A stretch of 64,000 bases of DNA from Gammaproteobacteria bacterium (GCA_965238175.1 CBDEGZ010000003.1:1888001-1952000), one strand, 5' to 3'; counted from the first letter of the stretch, positions 20,153 to 30,889 are shown. Notes: generated from the sequence alone by a model not told the origin. Numbers and translations are program-made.

Positions 20153-21365
20153 ACCCAATCTGACACATCACTAAATCAAGCGGAGCGTAGCGACGCTTGA
20201 TTTAGTGAGAGTTACCCGCTTTGATGTAACTGCAACGTAAACATCAAAACACAAAGAGGTAACTCTCATGATTCATACTAATGACAAAGTTATAAAACAT
20301 AAAGTTGGTCTACTCAATCTCGCTGAAGAACTCGGCAATGTCTCAAAAGCCTGCAAGATGATGGGTTTGTCCAGAGATACATTTTATCGCTACAAAGAAG
20401 CGGCTGATGAAGGCGGTGTAGAAGCCTTGTTTGATCGTAATCGGCGTACCCCAAATCTTAAAAACAGAATCGACCCGGCTATTGAAACCGTTGTGCTCGA
20501 GTATGCACTGGAAGAGCCCGCACATGGTCAAACGCGCACCAGTAACGAGCTGCGCAAACGGGGAACATTTGTCTCACCCAGTGGCGTTCGTTGTATCTGG
20601 CTTCGTCATGGTCTTGCTTGCTTTAAAGATCGCCTGAAGGCATTGTCTGATAAGGTAGCTGGTGAAGGCTTGATCCTCACTGAGTCTCAAGTCGCGGCGA
20701 TGGAACGCAAGAAAGACGACGATGAGGCTTGTGGCGAGATAGAGACGGCACACCCTGGTTATCTTGGCTCGCAAGATACTTACTATGTCGGTACTTTCAA
20801 AGGCATTGGTCGGGTTTATCAACAAACGTTTGTTGATACTTACAGCAAGGTCGCTCACGCGAAACTGTACCCGACTAAAACACCGATTACGGCAGCTGAC
20901 ATGCTCAATGACCGCGTCCTCCCATTCTACGAAGAACAACGTTTGCCTATGTTGCGCATTTTGACAGATAGAGGGACGGAGTATTGTGGGCGAGCTGACC
21001 AGCATGATTATCAGCTTTATATGGCGTTGAACAATATCGAACACACCAAAACCAAGGTCAAATCACCTCAGACGAATGGTATTTGTGAGCGATTCCATAA
21101 GACGATCCTCAATGAGTTTTATCAAGTCGCTTTGCGTAAGAAAATTTACCAATCGATTGATGAACTGCAACTCGACCTTGACGAATGGTTGCTCAAATAC
21201 AATACTCAACGAACTCACCAAGGCAAAATGTGCTGCGGGAGGACGCCGATGGAAACACTCATCGACGGACAAGCTATCTGGAAGGAAAAGTTTGTGAATT
21301 AAACTTAACCTGACAGTCGGTTACTGATAATTGGGTAACTGTCAGATCAAATCTGAATTTCTACA
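20140..21365 (+). mobile_element. IS481-family insertion sequence (1226 bp) with a 7-bp target duplication
   Basis: Ends TGTAGAAGTTTAGACCCAATCTGACA and TGTCAGATCAAATCTGAATTTCTACA (imperfect IR, TGT...ACA); CATCAGG duplicated at 20133-20139 and 21366-21372. Confidence 0.92.
20268..21302 (+). CDS. IS481-family DDE transposase
   Basis: N-terminal HTH (GNVSKACKMMG.SRDTFYR); rve core SQDT, LTDRGTEY, PQTNGICERF. Confidence 0.95.
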   Translation: MIHTNDKVIKHKVGLLNLAEELGNVSKACKMMGLSRDTFYRYKEAADEGGVEALFDRNRRTPNLKNRIDPAIETVVLEYALEEPAHGQTRTSNELRKRGTFVSPSGVRCIWLRHGLACFKDRLKALSDKVAGEGLILTESQVAAMERKKDDDEACGEIETAHPGYLGSQDTYYVGTFKGIGRVYQQTFVDTYSKVAHAKLYPTKTPITAADMLNDRVLPFYEEQRLPMLRILTDRGTEYCGRADQHDYQLYMALNNIEHTKTKVKSPQTNGICERFHKTILNEFYQVALRKKIYQSIDELQLDLDEWLLKYNTQRTHQGKMCCGRTPMETLIDGQAIWKEKFVN

Positions 21366-21392
21366 CATCAGGCGTAATTTGTCCGGTTTTTT

Positions 21393-24071
21393 TTAACTAA
21401 TTTCCCGCTTTAACGCTCTACATGTAGCTTTGTATTGTTGTTTCAATTCTGAAAATTTTTGCTCAATTGAGTTTAGATGATTATTTTCACCAAATAATTC
21501 CATCTCTTTACACAAGTTAGCTAGGTCTTCAGCACCAAGGTTAGCACTGCTGGATTTTAAACTGTGTGCAGAACTACGGATTTTTTTAGCATCTTTTTTA
21601 TTAACAGCCTGTTCTATTTCATTAACGATTTTTTCTGAGTTTTTAAAATATAAATCGATTATTTTATTCAGAATTTTAGGTGCGCCTTCACGTTGCAGTG
21701 CTTTAATATTATTGAGCGTATTTTTATTTAAACACGTTGTGATATTTTGTTGATGGTTTGTATTGATTGCAGTTGTTGTTTCTTTTTCGTCTTCTGGCTC
21801 CGGGATGAAAAGATCGAGATTGGGCATTTCTTTAATTTCTGGTTCTGGCTGAGTTAATTCTAAAACATCTGTTTCCGAAATTAACCCACGTTCAGGTATT
21901 GGAGTTGCAGATTGTTTTTTTATTTCTTTAGTAATAGTTTCTTTTACTTGTGTATCTGTTGAATTAGGCGCAAAAGTTAAACTATCTTGTTTTAACCATT
22001 TTCGCATTTTTTCTATAAGTTGATTTTTGCTAAATGGCTTAGCGAGGTAATCATTCATTCCGACCTCAAAACATGCTTTTTGATCACCGTCCATTGCATT
22101 TGCAGTTAATGCGATAATGGGTAAATCTTTTTTATCAACCATAGCCTCTCTAATAAATTTTGTCGTCATGTAACCATCCAATTCTGGCATCTGACAATCC
22201 ATTAGAATTAAGTCAAAAGACGACTGCTCTTCGCTAAGTGCGGTAATTACTTGTTTGCCGTTATTAACGACGACAACATTACATCCACATTCTTGTAGGA
22301 CGAGTTCGACGAGTTCTTGATTAACAGGGTTATCTTCTGCAACCAGGACATTTACATCAAATATCGCCTTTGGTGAGTTGGGGGAGGTTTCGTTCTTTTG
22401 AGTCGAAATCTTTTTTCGATTTGGAATGCTTAATGTAGCAAGCAAGGCGTTGTGCAGATCAGATTGTCTGATTGGCTTCGTTAAATAAGATTTTATTCCG
22501 ATAGACGTCCAGACCATTGTTTCTTCAAGATCACTTATTGAATTCATAAGAACCAAAGGTGTGTTGACAAGGATCTTGTTACTTCTCATGACTTTGGCCA
22601 GATTGGCCCCGCTAATGTCAGGCATATCATGATCTAACAATGCTAAAGAAAAAGGTTTCGCATTTTTTTGTGCAGACTCCAGTAACGCAACGGCATTTTT
22701 TGCGCTGTCTGATATAACGACTTCCATTCCCCATACTTTTAATTGCTCTGCAATATTTTTGGCGTTCGATTTATTGTGATCAAGGATAAGAACTTTGACT
22801 CCAGCTAAAGTTGTATTGTCAGATAATTGTGATTTATCTCTATCACTTTCTTTCTTTTCTAATAAAGCTGTGAACCAAAATGTAGATCCTACTCCCAGAA
22901 TACTATCAACACCAATATCTCCACCCATCAGATTGCAGTAGTGTTTGCATATGGTTAGCCCCAGGCCTGTTCCTTTGGACGCGTGCTTATTTGTTGATTG
23001 AGATTGCGAGAAAGATCCAAAAATTGATTTTTGATCTTGCTCAGGAATTCCAGGACCAGTGTCTGTTACTTCAAACCGCGGCAAGCCATCTTTTTGATCG
23101 AGACTTACGCTAATAATAATTTCACCCTTGTCAGTAAATTTGATCGCATTACCTATTAAGTTGCTCAGGATTTGTATTAATCTTTGCTTATCACATAGGA
23201 ACAGAGCATGGTCATTTACGGGATAAATACAAATCAGATCCAAGCCTTTGCTACTCGCGGGTTCGGAGAAAGTACTTGCTACTTCTTCCATTAGTAAGCG
23301 GAGGTCTTGAAATTCGGTATTTAATTCGAGTTTTCCTGCCTCAATTTTGGACAAGTTTAGGATATTATTGATTAAATCTAGTAAATTCTTACCGGACTGG
23401 TGAATAAGGTTGGTCAAATGTGATTGTTTAGTACTCAGCTTCGTATTTTGTAAGAGCTCAGTCATGCCCAATATACCCGTCATAGGGGTTCTAATATCAT
23501 GACTCATACTTGCCAGAAATTCTGATTTAGCCTCAACTTTGTGTAAGGCTTCATCATGAGCTTTCTTGAGTGTTTCTAGTATCTTCTCTTGTTTGATACT
23601 TAGAGCAAGTAAGTTATTGAGATCTTTTTTTGTTTGTAGCTCGTTTAATACTTCTTCATGAATAACACTTTGAACTCCAATATACCCGGAAATAGTTTCA
23701 GATGGCTCTTTGATCGGATCGATTGTGGTTCTAATCCAGATGAGCTTAGATTTTAGCTCAATAGCTAATGGAGAGGTTATTTGATGGCGGATACTCCAGT
23801 GAGATCCTTGTTTTAGTGCCTGGAGTAATTTTATGGCTATGTTTTTTGAATGAGGGATTTCACTCATGGAGCGGCCAATAACGCACTCTTCCGTCCAACC
23901 ATTCAGTTTCAGAAATTTTTGATTTGCGTATTCTATTCGACCTTTTGGATCAGTAATGAAGACAGCATTACTGCTATATTCGATAGCAGAATATATTTTA
24001 GCAGATTGAGGTGTAAGCGTTTTAAGCGTTTTAAGCGTTTCTGACGTCGATTGTTCGGCGCTATTATCCAT
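21393..24071 (-). CDS. Cytoplasmic hybrid sensor histidine kinase (PAS-HisKA-HATPase-REC-REC-HPt)
   Basis: KSEFLASMSHDIRTP, NAIKFT, GTGLGL, two receiver domains (LDHDMP, LMDCQMP) and HPt AHSLKSSS; no transmembrane segment. Confidence 0.92.
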   Translation of the reverse strand: MDNSAEQSTSETLKTLKTLTPQSAKIYSAIEYSSNAVFITDPKGRIEYANQKFLKLNGWTEECVIGRSMSEIPHSKNIAIKLLQALKQGSHWSIRHQITSPLAIELKSKLIWIRTTIDPIKEPSETISGYIGVQSVIHEEVLNELQTKKDLNNLLALSIKQEKILETLKKAHDEALHKVEAKSEFLASMSHDIRTPMTGILGMTELLQNTKLSTKQSHLTNLIHQSGKNLLDLINNILNLSKIEAGKLELNTEFQDLRLLMEEVASTFSEPASSKGLDLICIYPVNDHALFLCDKQRLIQILSNLIGNAIKFTDKGEIIISVSLDQKDGLPRFEVTDTGPGIPEQDQKSIFGSFSQSQSTNKHASKGTGLGLTICKHYCNLMGGDIGVDSILGVGSTFWFTALLEKKESDRDKSQLSDNTTLAGVKVLILDHNKSNAKNIAEQLKVWGMEVVISDSAKNAVALLESAQKNAKPFSLALLDHDMPDISGANLAKVMRSNKILVNTPLVLMNSISDLEETMVWTSIGIKSYLTKPIRQSDLHNALLATLSIPNRKKISTQKNETSPNSPKAIFDVNVLVAEDNPVNQELVELVLQECGCNVVVVNNGKQVITALSEEQSSFDLILMDCQMPELDGYMTTKFIREAMVDKKDLPIIALTANAMDGDQKACFEVGMNDYLAKPFSKNQLIEKMRKWLKQDSLTFAPNSTDTQVKETITKEIKKQSATPIPERGLISETDVLELTQPEPEIKEMPNLDLFIPEPEDEKETTTAINTNHQQNITTCLNKNTLNNIKALQREGAPKILNKIIDLYFKNSEKIVNEIEQAVNKKDAKKIRSSAHSLKSSSANLGAEDLANLCKEMELFGENNHLNSIEQKFSELKQQYKATCRALKREIS

Positions 24072-24232
24072 AATTTTCTATTAACTAATTAACCGATGGA
24101 ATTTAGTGATAGTTATGTCGGCAGTTTTGATAGAAACTTTAGAGGTGCAACAAGATCTGATCAGATTAGAATGACTGTGTAATCAAGCTCTTGAGTAGGT
24201 TATAGAATAAAGAATTTTATTTTGACATGAGG

Positions 24233-24754
24233 TTATTTTGATCGGTTCAATGCTCGTTTTTTCCAACGGCGTACCAGGTGTAAGCGCCAAAGAAGTCGAA
24301 TTAATAAATTTCCTATAGCTGCGGAAAATACGCCTAGTACAAAACAGCCAGTTAATAGCGGTTTCCAAATATGAACCAAGGTTTCAGAAAGCCAATGGAA
24401 AGATAGCTCGAAGTGCAATACTTCAGCAGGAATATCAAGTATCACAGCACCGACTTTATAGGCAAGGAGAAACATTGGGCCCATTGTGATTGGGTTTGTC
24501 AGAAAAACGGCTGTAACGGTCAGAGGTAGGTTAATATGCGCCAATATTGCGCAAAGTGCAGCCAGAATTACTTGCCCTGGTATAGGAACAAACGCGAGGA
24601 AAAAACCTACGGCAATAGCATTCGCGGCAGAACGGCGATTTAAGTGCCAAAGGTTTGGATCGTGCAACCACTCTCCCAGAATTTTTAAAGACTGATGGTT
24701 ATGAAAATGTTGTCGTTGAGGGACGTAGCGTTTGTATAATTTTCTCGGATCCAT
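24233..24754 (-). CDS. DUF2062-family membrane protein
   Basis: LHDPNLWHLNRRS and NLP....V..TNP.T motifs; divergent from comEC. Confidence 0.8.
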   Translation of the reverse strand: MDPRKLYKRYVPQRQHFHNHQSLKILGEWLHDPNLWHLNRRSAANAIAVGFFLAFVPIPGQVILAALCAILAHINLPLTVTAVFLTNPITMGPMFLLAYKVGAVILDIPAEVLHFELSFHWLSETLVHIWKPLLTGCFVLGVFSAAIGNLLIRLLWRLHLVRRWKKRALNRSK

Positions 24755-24849
24755 GTAGAAAAAGAACTGCTTACTATTAATGCGGTATGTTGCAGTATAC
24801 CGCAGCACAACTAAAATAGCCCGATGAGATTGGATATTGTGCGTTAGTT

Positions 24850-27198
24850 ATGAAAAGGATCATCATTGCAATTTTTGTTGGGGTGCTCACCCTTTATGTA
24901 TCACCAAAAATTCCTAACTTACCGAGTTCACTAGCGCTTCTTTTAGTCATTCTATTTTTGATTTCTGCAATCCTATTTCAACGATTTCAAATATTTTTTT
25001 ACTTTCTTTGTGGATTCTTTTGGGCTTTGTACCGTGCAAATATAGTACTGGAACAAACATTACCTGAAATGCTTGAAGGACAAGATCTAGTTATAGAAGG
25101 AACGATCAGTGATCTACCAAAACGTTCTTTTAGACGACAACAATTCATCTTTGAGGTCAAAACTATTGATCAAATTAAAACGGACATTCAATACAATTAC
25201 AGGTTTAGGTTAAGCTGGTATGAGCCGTATAAACCAGTATTAGCATCAGTTCTAAAAACGGGTCAAAAATGGCGTCTGACGGTTAGAGTAAAACGACCGA
25301 ATGGGTTTATGAATCCAGGTGGTCGTGACTATGAAGCTACACTATTTCAAAAGGGTATTAATGCCACTGGTTATATAAAAAGTGGTGAATATTTAGGTTT
25401 GCAGTCATCTAATTTTAGGCAAAAAATACACCAGTGGCGTAGCTTGATTCATGCTGAGGTGAAGACTTCTTTTCCAAACTTAAATAGTATCATTCCAGCG
25501 TTAGGTCTTGGGATCAGGGATGATCTAAGTCAAACTGATTGGGACATACTAAAAGCAACGGGTACGACTCATCTGGTTGCTATATCAGGCTTACATATTG
25601 GCTTGATATCAGCATTCGGCTTTTTTATAGGTCGGTGGCTATGGTCTCTACCTGTCTATACCTTACATCTGGTTCCGGCTACCAAGCTAGCGGCATTTTT
25701 CGCAATTGTGACGGCTTTTATCTACGCTGGATTAGCTGGTTTTACTATTCCTACGCAACGAGCACTGATCATGATAGTCACATTTATGATCTGTCTATTG
25801 TTAAACTGGCAAGCGTCAAGATTTGACATGCTGGCACTTTCCTTACTCGGCGTATTGGTTCTATCTCCGTCATCGGTATTGTCTGTCGGATTCTGGTTAT
25901 CATTTGCAGCGGTAGGAATTATTTTTTATGTCATGGCCGGAAGAACTATGGCACATGGGTTGTGGCATTCCACACTCAAGATCCACTTTATTATAGCGCT
26001 GGGCTTATCACCTTTATTATTGTTGTTCTTTGGTCAAAATCCTTTATTAGGACCCTTGGCGAATATTATTGCAGTGCCTTTTTTTGGATTATTGATTACT
26101 CCATTAGTTTTATTCGGTATTTTGTTATTGAGTGTAACCAGGCCACTAGGTGAAGGCTTGATTAAACTTGCCGATTATTTAATTGGACAGTTTTGGCCTT
26201 TTTTAGAATGGATAGCTACACTGCCACATAACCTTTTTCACGAGACGATTTCATCAACTCCTATTTTGATCAGCAGCTTGCTTGGAGTTGCTATCTTACT
26301 ACTGCCGAGAGGGTTTCCTGCACGATGGTTAGGTTTGATTTTTATTGCACCTATTTTTTTCAGCGATCAAAATGCACCAGATCAGGGTGAATTTGATCTT
26401 ACCTTATTAGATGTAGGACAGGGTTTATCCTCGGTGATCCAGACCCAAAACCATGTCCTGGTTTATGATACAGGTGCTAAATTTAGTGATAACTTTGATG
26501 CGGGAAAAGCAGTTGTCATTCCCTATTTAAAATCGATCAAAGCTAAAAAGTTGGATAAGGTGATAGTAAGTCATGGAGACAATGATCATATCGGTGGGTT
26601 TCAAAGTATATATAAAGCAATAACAATCGATGAAATATTAACCAGCGTTCCCAACAAATTAGAAGGGAAAAATGTTCAGTTATGTCATTCAGAGCAAAAG
26701 TGGGAATGGGACGGAGTTGAATTTACAATTCTTCATCCGCACAAATCTATATCTTTAACTAAATCTAAACGATTAAAAAGTAATAATAGATCTTGTGTCT
26801 TAAGAGTGGACAACGGATATCAGTCCATTCTAATTCCAGGTGATATAGAAGCGGTTATAGAAACCCGGTTACTTAAGAATAATATAACTGAGAATAATTT
26901 TGGCGTATTGGATGTCGATATTTTAATCGCACCTCATCATGGCAGCAAAACATCTTCGACAAAGGCCTTTATATTAGCCACTTCTCCAGAATATGTTTTG
27001 TTCTCCACTGGATATCGAAATCGTTATAAGCATCCCCATGAAGATGTAATGAAAACCTATCTAGAACAACAGGTTAACATCATAAATACAGCAATGACTG
27101 GAGCAATTCGTTTTCGTATTGGTAAAACCTTGTCGAAACCTGATCGATTCCGGCAAGATCAGGGTCATTTTTGGAATCGTAATCATGTAGAATACTGA
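24850..27198 (+). CDS. comEC: DNA uptake channel ComEC/Rec2
   Basis: HLVAISGLHIG, GFWLSF, DVGQG, SHGDNDHIGG and PHHGS motifs. Confidence 0.95.
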   Translation: MKRIIIAIFVGVLTLYVSPKIPNLPSSLALLLVILFLISAILFQRFQIFFYFLCGFFWALYRANIVLEQTLPEMLEGQDLVIEGTISDLPKRSFRRQQFIFEVKTIDQIKTDIQYNYRFRLSWYEPYKPVLASVLKTGQKWRLTVRVKRPNGFMNPGGRDYEATLFQKGINATGYIKSGEYLGLQSSNFRQKIHQWRSLIHAEVKTSFPNLNSIIPALGLGIRDDLSQTDWDILKATGTTHLVAISGLHIGLISAFGFFIGRWLWSLPVYTLHLVPATKLAAFFAIVTAFIYAGLAGFTIPTQRALIMIVTFMICLLLNWQASRFDMLALSLLGVLVLSPSSVLSVGFWLSFAAVGIIFYVMAGRTMAHGLWHSTLKIHFIIALGLSPLLLLFFGQNPLLGPLANIIAVPFFGLLITPLVLFGILLLSVTRPLGEGLIKLADYLIGQFWPFLEWIATLPHNLFHETISSTPILISSLLGVAILLLPRGFPARWLGLIFIAPIFFSDQNAPDQGEFDLTLLDVGQGLSSVIQTQNHVLVYDTGAKFSDNFDAGKAVVIPYLKSIKAKKLDKVIVSHGDNDHIGGFQSIYKAITIDEILTSVPNKLEGKNVQLCHSEQKWEWDGVEFTILHPHKSISLTKSKRLKSNNRSCVLRVDNGYQSILIPGDIEAVIETRLLKNNITENNFGVLDVDILIAPHHGSKTSSTKAFILATSPEYVLFSTGYRNRYKHPHEDVMKTYLEQQVNIINTAMTGAIRFRIGKTLSKPDRFRQDQGHFWNRNHVEY

Positions 27199-27202
27199 CA
27201 TC

Positions 27203-27328
27203 TATACCCAAGATGCTTGAAAATGCAGGGTTTAGAGTGCGTCTGTTTTTATTCAGAGCAAGGCGCGACGATGCTCTGGATGAAAACAGACGTGCCGTAA
27301 ACCGGTATTTTCAGGTATTTTGGATATA
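27203..27328. repeat. 126-bp ERIC-like palindromic MITE
   Basis: Starts TATACCCAAGATGCTTGAAAATGCAGG and ends GTATTTTCAGGTATTTTGGATATA; inner arms CGTCTGTTTT/AAAACAGACG and CAGAGCA/TGCTCTG. Confidence 0.7.
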
Positions 27329-27359
27329 TTATTCGGCATAAATATTACAGGGGATTAAC

Positions 27360-28124
27360 GTGTTTGATTTTGTAAAAGCAGGCGGCTTTCTAATGTTGCC
27401 CATTTTGATCTGCTCGGTGATCGCATTTGCGATTACCGTTGAACGTTTTCTGGCTCTACAGGTAAAAAAGATCATTCCCGAAAATCTGGTTGCTCAAGTA
27501 TGGCAATGGGCCAAATCAGGCCAGATTGATCCAAGACGAATTCATGGCCTCCGGACAGGATCAGCTTTGGGACGGATCTTGTCGGCGGGACTGACAAATA
27601 TGAAGTCTGATCGTGAAGTGATGAAAGAAAGTATCGAGGAAGTAGGGCGACACGTCGTTCATGATTTAGAAAGGTATTTAAATACTCTGGGTACGATAGC
27701 TGCAATCACGCCATTATTGGGTCTACTTGGAACAGTTTTTGGGATGATCGAAGTTTTTTCGGCCATCACCAGCAAAGGTGTTGGTGATGCAACTGTACTG
27801 GCTGGAGGGATTTCTAAAGCGCTGATTACCACCGCAGCGGGTCTTTCCGTCGCGATCCCTTCATTAATCTTTTACCGCTATTTTAAGGGTAAAGTCGATG
27901 AACTGGTTGTAGCGATGGAACAAGAGGTGCTGAAGTTGATTGAGGTAATGTATGTTGAACGAGAAACGAATAAACAAAGAAAAGTAACTGAAAGAAAAGT
28001 ATCGGGCGGGTCACCACAAACGCCAGAAAAAGTGAAACCAGTAAACACCAGAGTGCAAAAAACCAAGCAAAATGAGAATGGCATTAACTCTGCTCCTGAT
28101 TCGAATGCGAGGCGAGATCGATGA
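27360..28124 (+). CDS. exbB: MotA/TolQ/ExbB proton channel protein
   Basis: TPLLGLLGTVFGMI and ISKALITTAAGL motifs. Confidence 0.88.
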   Translation: MFDFVKAGGFLMLPILICSVIAFAITVERFLALQVKKIIPENLVAQVWQWAKSGQIDPRRIHGLRTGSALGRILSAGLTNMKSDREVMKESIEEVGRHVVHDLERYLNTLGTIAAITPLLGLLGTVFGMIEVFSAITSKGVGDATVLAGGISKALITTAAGLSVAIPSLIFYRYFKGKVDELVVAMEQEVLKLIEVMYVERETNKQRKVTERKVSGGSPQTPEKVKPVNTRVQKTKQNENGINSAPDSNARRDR

Positions 28125-28543
28125 ACCTTCGTCCTCGAAAAGACGATGATGTTGAACTTAACCTTACACCACTTATAGATGTGGTTTTTCTACTTTTGAT
28201 CTTTTTCATGGTTTCTACAACCTTCGTTAAAGAATCAGCAATAAAGTTAGATCTGCCAGAAGCAACGACCGCAGCGGTGCCAGCAGCGAAAGAAACGATC
28301 AAGATTTCTATTGATGCAAAAGGAAATTATTTTCTTAATGAAAAACCACTGATCAATACTCAAGCTGAAACGGTAGAAAAAGCTATCAAACTAGCCGCTG
28401 GTGATAATAAGGAGCCTACAATTGTCATCAATGCGGATAAGCAAGCAACACACCAATCTGTTGTGGCAGTTTTAGATGCTGCGAGACGGCTTAAATTTCT
28501 CCGAATTACTTTTGCAACTGAGCGTAAAAAAGACAGCAAGTGA
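28121..28543 (+). CDS. exbD: ExbD/TolR protein
   Basis: NLTPLIDVVFLLLIFFMV motif. Confidence 0.9.
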   Translation: MNLRPRKDDDVELNLTPLIDVVFLLLIFFMVSTTFVKESAIKLDLPEATTAAVPAAKETIKISIDAKGNYFLNEKPLINTQAETVEKAIKLAAGDNKEPTIVINADKQATHQSVVAVLDAARRLKFLRITFATERKKDSK

Positions 28544-29532
28544 TTTGGAACAAGATTTGGTATGAAAATCATCCTTTAAGCTATTTACTAGCACCAATAG
28601 CTTGGTTTTATCGGTTTATCTCTTATCTGCGAAGGGTGGCATATAGCACTGGTTTATTACACATTAATAAGCTCCCTGTACCTGTTTTTATCATCGGCAA
28701 TATTGCAGTAGGTGGTACTGGGAAAACACCATTGGTTATATGGTTGATCAAATTTCTAAAGAAACAAGGCTATAACCCTGGTGTTATTAGTCGTGGATAT
28801 GGAGGTCAGGCGACTCAGTGGCCTCAGCAAGTTCTAGCAGAGAGTGATCCTGAGCTAAGCGGTGATGAACCGGTTCTTATTGCACGTAATGCCGATTGTC
28901 CCGTTTATGTAGATCCTGACAGGTTTGCGGCAGGTTCGATGTTATTACGTGATCACGATTGTGACATTATCGTCTGTGATGATGGCTTGCAACATTATTC
29001 ACTGCACAGGGATTTTGAGATTTGTGTTGTCGATGGAAAAAGAAGACATGGTAACCAGCGGTGTTTACCTGCTGGTCCATTACGAGAACCACTTTCGCGT
29101 CTTGAATACGTTGATATTACTGTTTGTAATGGTGCCGACATTGATGGCGAATTTCATATGGCTTTTGTACCCGTGGCAATACAACAGATAAAAACGGGCA
29201 AGATAGAGCAAATTGAAAATTTCCGATCAAAAAAAATACATGCTGTTGCGGGGATAGGCAATCCCGAACGTTTTTTTGAGATGCTTCGTAGTCAGGATCT
29301 GGATATCGTTGAACATGCGTTTCCAGATCACCACTTATATACAAAAACTGATCTTGATTTTGATGATATAAAGATTGTGATAATGACAGAAAAAGATGCC
29401 GTGAAATGTTCTAAATTTGCAGAAGATAGACACTGGTTTTTGCATATAGAGGCAAATTTGCCAGAAAACTTTGAACGACGATTACTGAATAAATTAAAAC
29501 AAAACAGTTTTAGGGGTAAATCTTATGGATAA
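28540..29532 (+). CDS. lpxK: Tetraacyldisaccharide 4'-kinase
   Basis: [31 protein letters not shown] and TEKDAVK motifs. Confidence 0.96.
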   Translation: MIWNKIWYENHPLSYLLAPIAWFYRFISYLRRVAYSTGLLHINKLPVPVFIIGNIAVGGTGKTPLVIWLIKFLKKQGYNPGVISRGYGGQATQWPQQVLAESDPELSGDEPVLIARNADCPVYVDPDRFAAGSMLLRDHDCDIIVCDDGLQHYSLHRDFEICVVDGKRRHGNQRCLPAGPLREPLSRLEYVDITVCNGADIDGEFHMAFVPVAIQQIKTGKIEQIENFRSKKIHAVAGIGNPERFFEMLRSQDLDIVEHAFPDHHLYTKTDLDFDDIKIVIMTEKDAVKCSKFAEDRHWFLHIEANLPENFERRLLNKLKQNSFRGKSYG

Positions 29533-29716
29533 AAAATTACTGGATATACTGGTTTGTCCTGTTACAAAAGGGTCTTTGGTATACAGTAAAAAGGACAAAG
29601 AATTAATTTCGTTATCGGCAAGGCTGGCCTATCCAATCCGTGACGATATACCCGTGATGTTAGAAGATGAAGCGCGAACCTTGACGGATGATGAAGTGGA
29701 ATCATACCGTAAGTAA
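29525..29716 (+). CDS. ycaR: Trm112/YcaR family protein
   Basis: [12 protein letters not shown]...[11 protein letters not shown] motif. Confidence 0.92.
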   Translation: MDKKLLDILVCPVTKGSLVYSKKDKELISLSARLAYPIRDDIPVMLEDEARTLTDDEVESYRK

Positions 29717-29718
29717 CT

Positions 29719-30477
29719 ATGTCTTATGTGATCATTATTCCTGCGCGCTACAACTCCACCCGATTACCTGGCAAGCCTTTGCTTGATATTAATGGTAAAT
29801 CGTTGATTCAGCACGTATATGAGAAAGCAATAAAAAGTAATGCTCGCGAAGTCATAATTGCTACGGATGACAGTCGAATCGAACAGGCAGCGTCAAGTTT
29901 CGGAGCACAAACCTGTATGACACAAGATGATCATCCTTCAGGCACAGATCGATTAGCAGAAGTAGTAACTACTCTTGGGTTAAAAGATGATGAAATCATT
30001 GTGAATTTGCAAGGTGATGAACCAATGATGCCAGCCAGCCTATTAGAGCAGGTTGCATCTTCTTTACAAAATGCATCGAATGCTTCGATCTCAACCCTTT
30101 GTGAGAAAATCGAATCAGTTGAAGATGTTTTTGATCCGAATATTGTTAAGGTTGTTTTTGATCAGGCTGGGTATGCGCTTTATTTTAGTCGTGCTTCAAT
30201 TCCCTGGGAACGAGGGAACTTTGATCATAAATCGACCGGTATTATCGATTTTGATGTTGAGAATTGTTTTCGGCACATAGGCCTTTATGCATACCGTGCT
30301 GTTTTTCTCAAAAAATATCCTCAGCTAAAGGTTTGTCAAATTGAACAACTAGAGGCGCTGGAACAACTTCGGGCTATGTATTATGGATATCGAATACGCG
30401 TTGAGATTGCAAAAGAAGATGCAGGAATAGGTATTGATACTCAGGAGGATTTAGAAAAAGCAAGAAAGAGTTTGTAA
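29719..30477 (+). CDS. kdsB: CMP-KDO synthetase
   Basis: IPARYNSTRLPGKPL, SGTDR, NLQGDEP and LEQLRA motifs. Confidence 0.96.
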   Translation: MSYVIIIPARYNSTRLPGKPLLDINGKSLIQHVYEKAIKSNAREVIIATDDSRIEQAASSFGAQTCMTQDDHPSGTDRLAEVVTTLGLKDDEIIVNLQGDEPMMPASLLEQVASSLQNASNASISTLCEKIESVEDVFDPNIVKVVFDQAGYALYFSRASIPWERGNFDHKSTGIIDFDVENCFRHIGLYAYRAVFLKKYPQLKVCQIEQLEALEQLRAMYYGYRIRVEIAKEDAGIGIDTQEDLEKARKSL

Positions 30478-30610
30478 AACTTATAATCTTATTTGTTGTT
30501 AACTAGTGAAAATAGTAAGGTAAGACCCATAATTTATGCTTCAATATGGATATAATGTATAGACAAACTGGCATTAATGTACTACTTGTGTAAAAGGAGG
30601 TTCCAGAGAT

Positions 30611-30889
30611 ATGTTAATTAACCCTGCAGATAAAAATGATTTAACCATTCGTTTTAGGCGTGCACCGCAAGGCATTATGGCCAGAGTGTTTGACTGGGTT
30701 GGTGCAATGTCTCTTTCAATCTCCGTTCTATCCCTGATTGTTTTTGGAATTTCGAGTTCATTAGAAACGGAAGGCATGAGTCTTAGAGTATGCTTAACCT
30801 GTTTAAATATCGCGATTATTGCATTTGTTGCTGCTCGATTGGTTGAGCTAGGGGATCGCGTCCTACGAATGTCTGTAGGGGATAGGTAA
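30611..30889 (+). CDS. Small two-TM hypothetical membrane protein
   Basis: Strong SD AAGGAGG; two hydrophobic stretches. Confidence 0.6.
   Translation: MLINPADKNDLTIRFRRAPQGIMARVFDWVGAMSLSISVLSLIVFGISSSLETEGMSLRVCLTCLNIAIIAFVAARLVELGDRVLRMSVGDR

Noticed and set aside
24014-24040. 9-bp repeat TAAGCGTTT x3 near the kinase start
   Set aside because: It is a short in-frame repeat (TLK) that cannot shift the frame and has little apparent significance.
28121-29532. Absence of msbA between exbD and lpxK
   Set aside because: The comEC-exbB-exbD-lpxK-ycaR-kdsB order without msbA is known in some gammaproteobacteria, and there is no sign of a deletion here.
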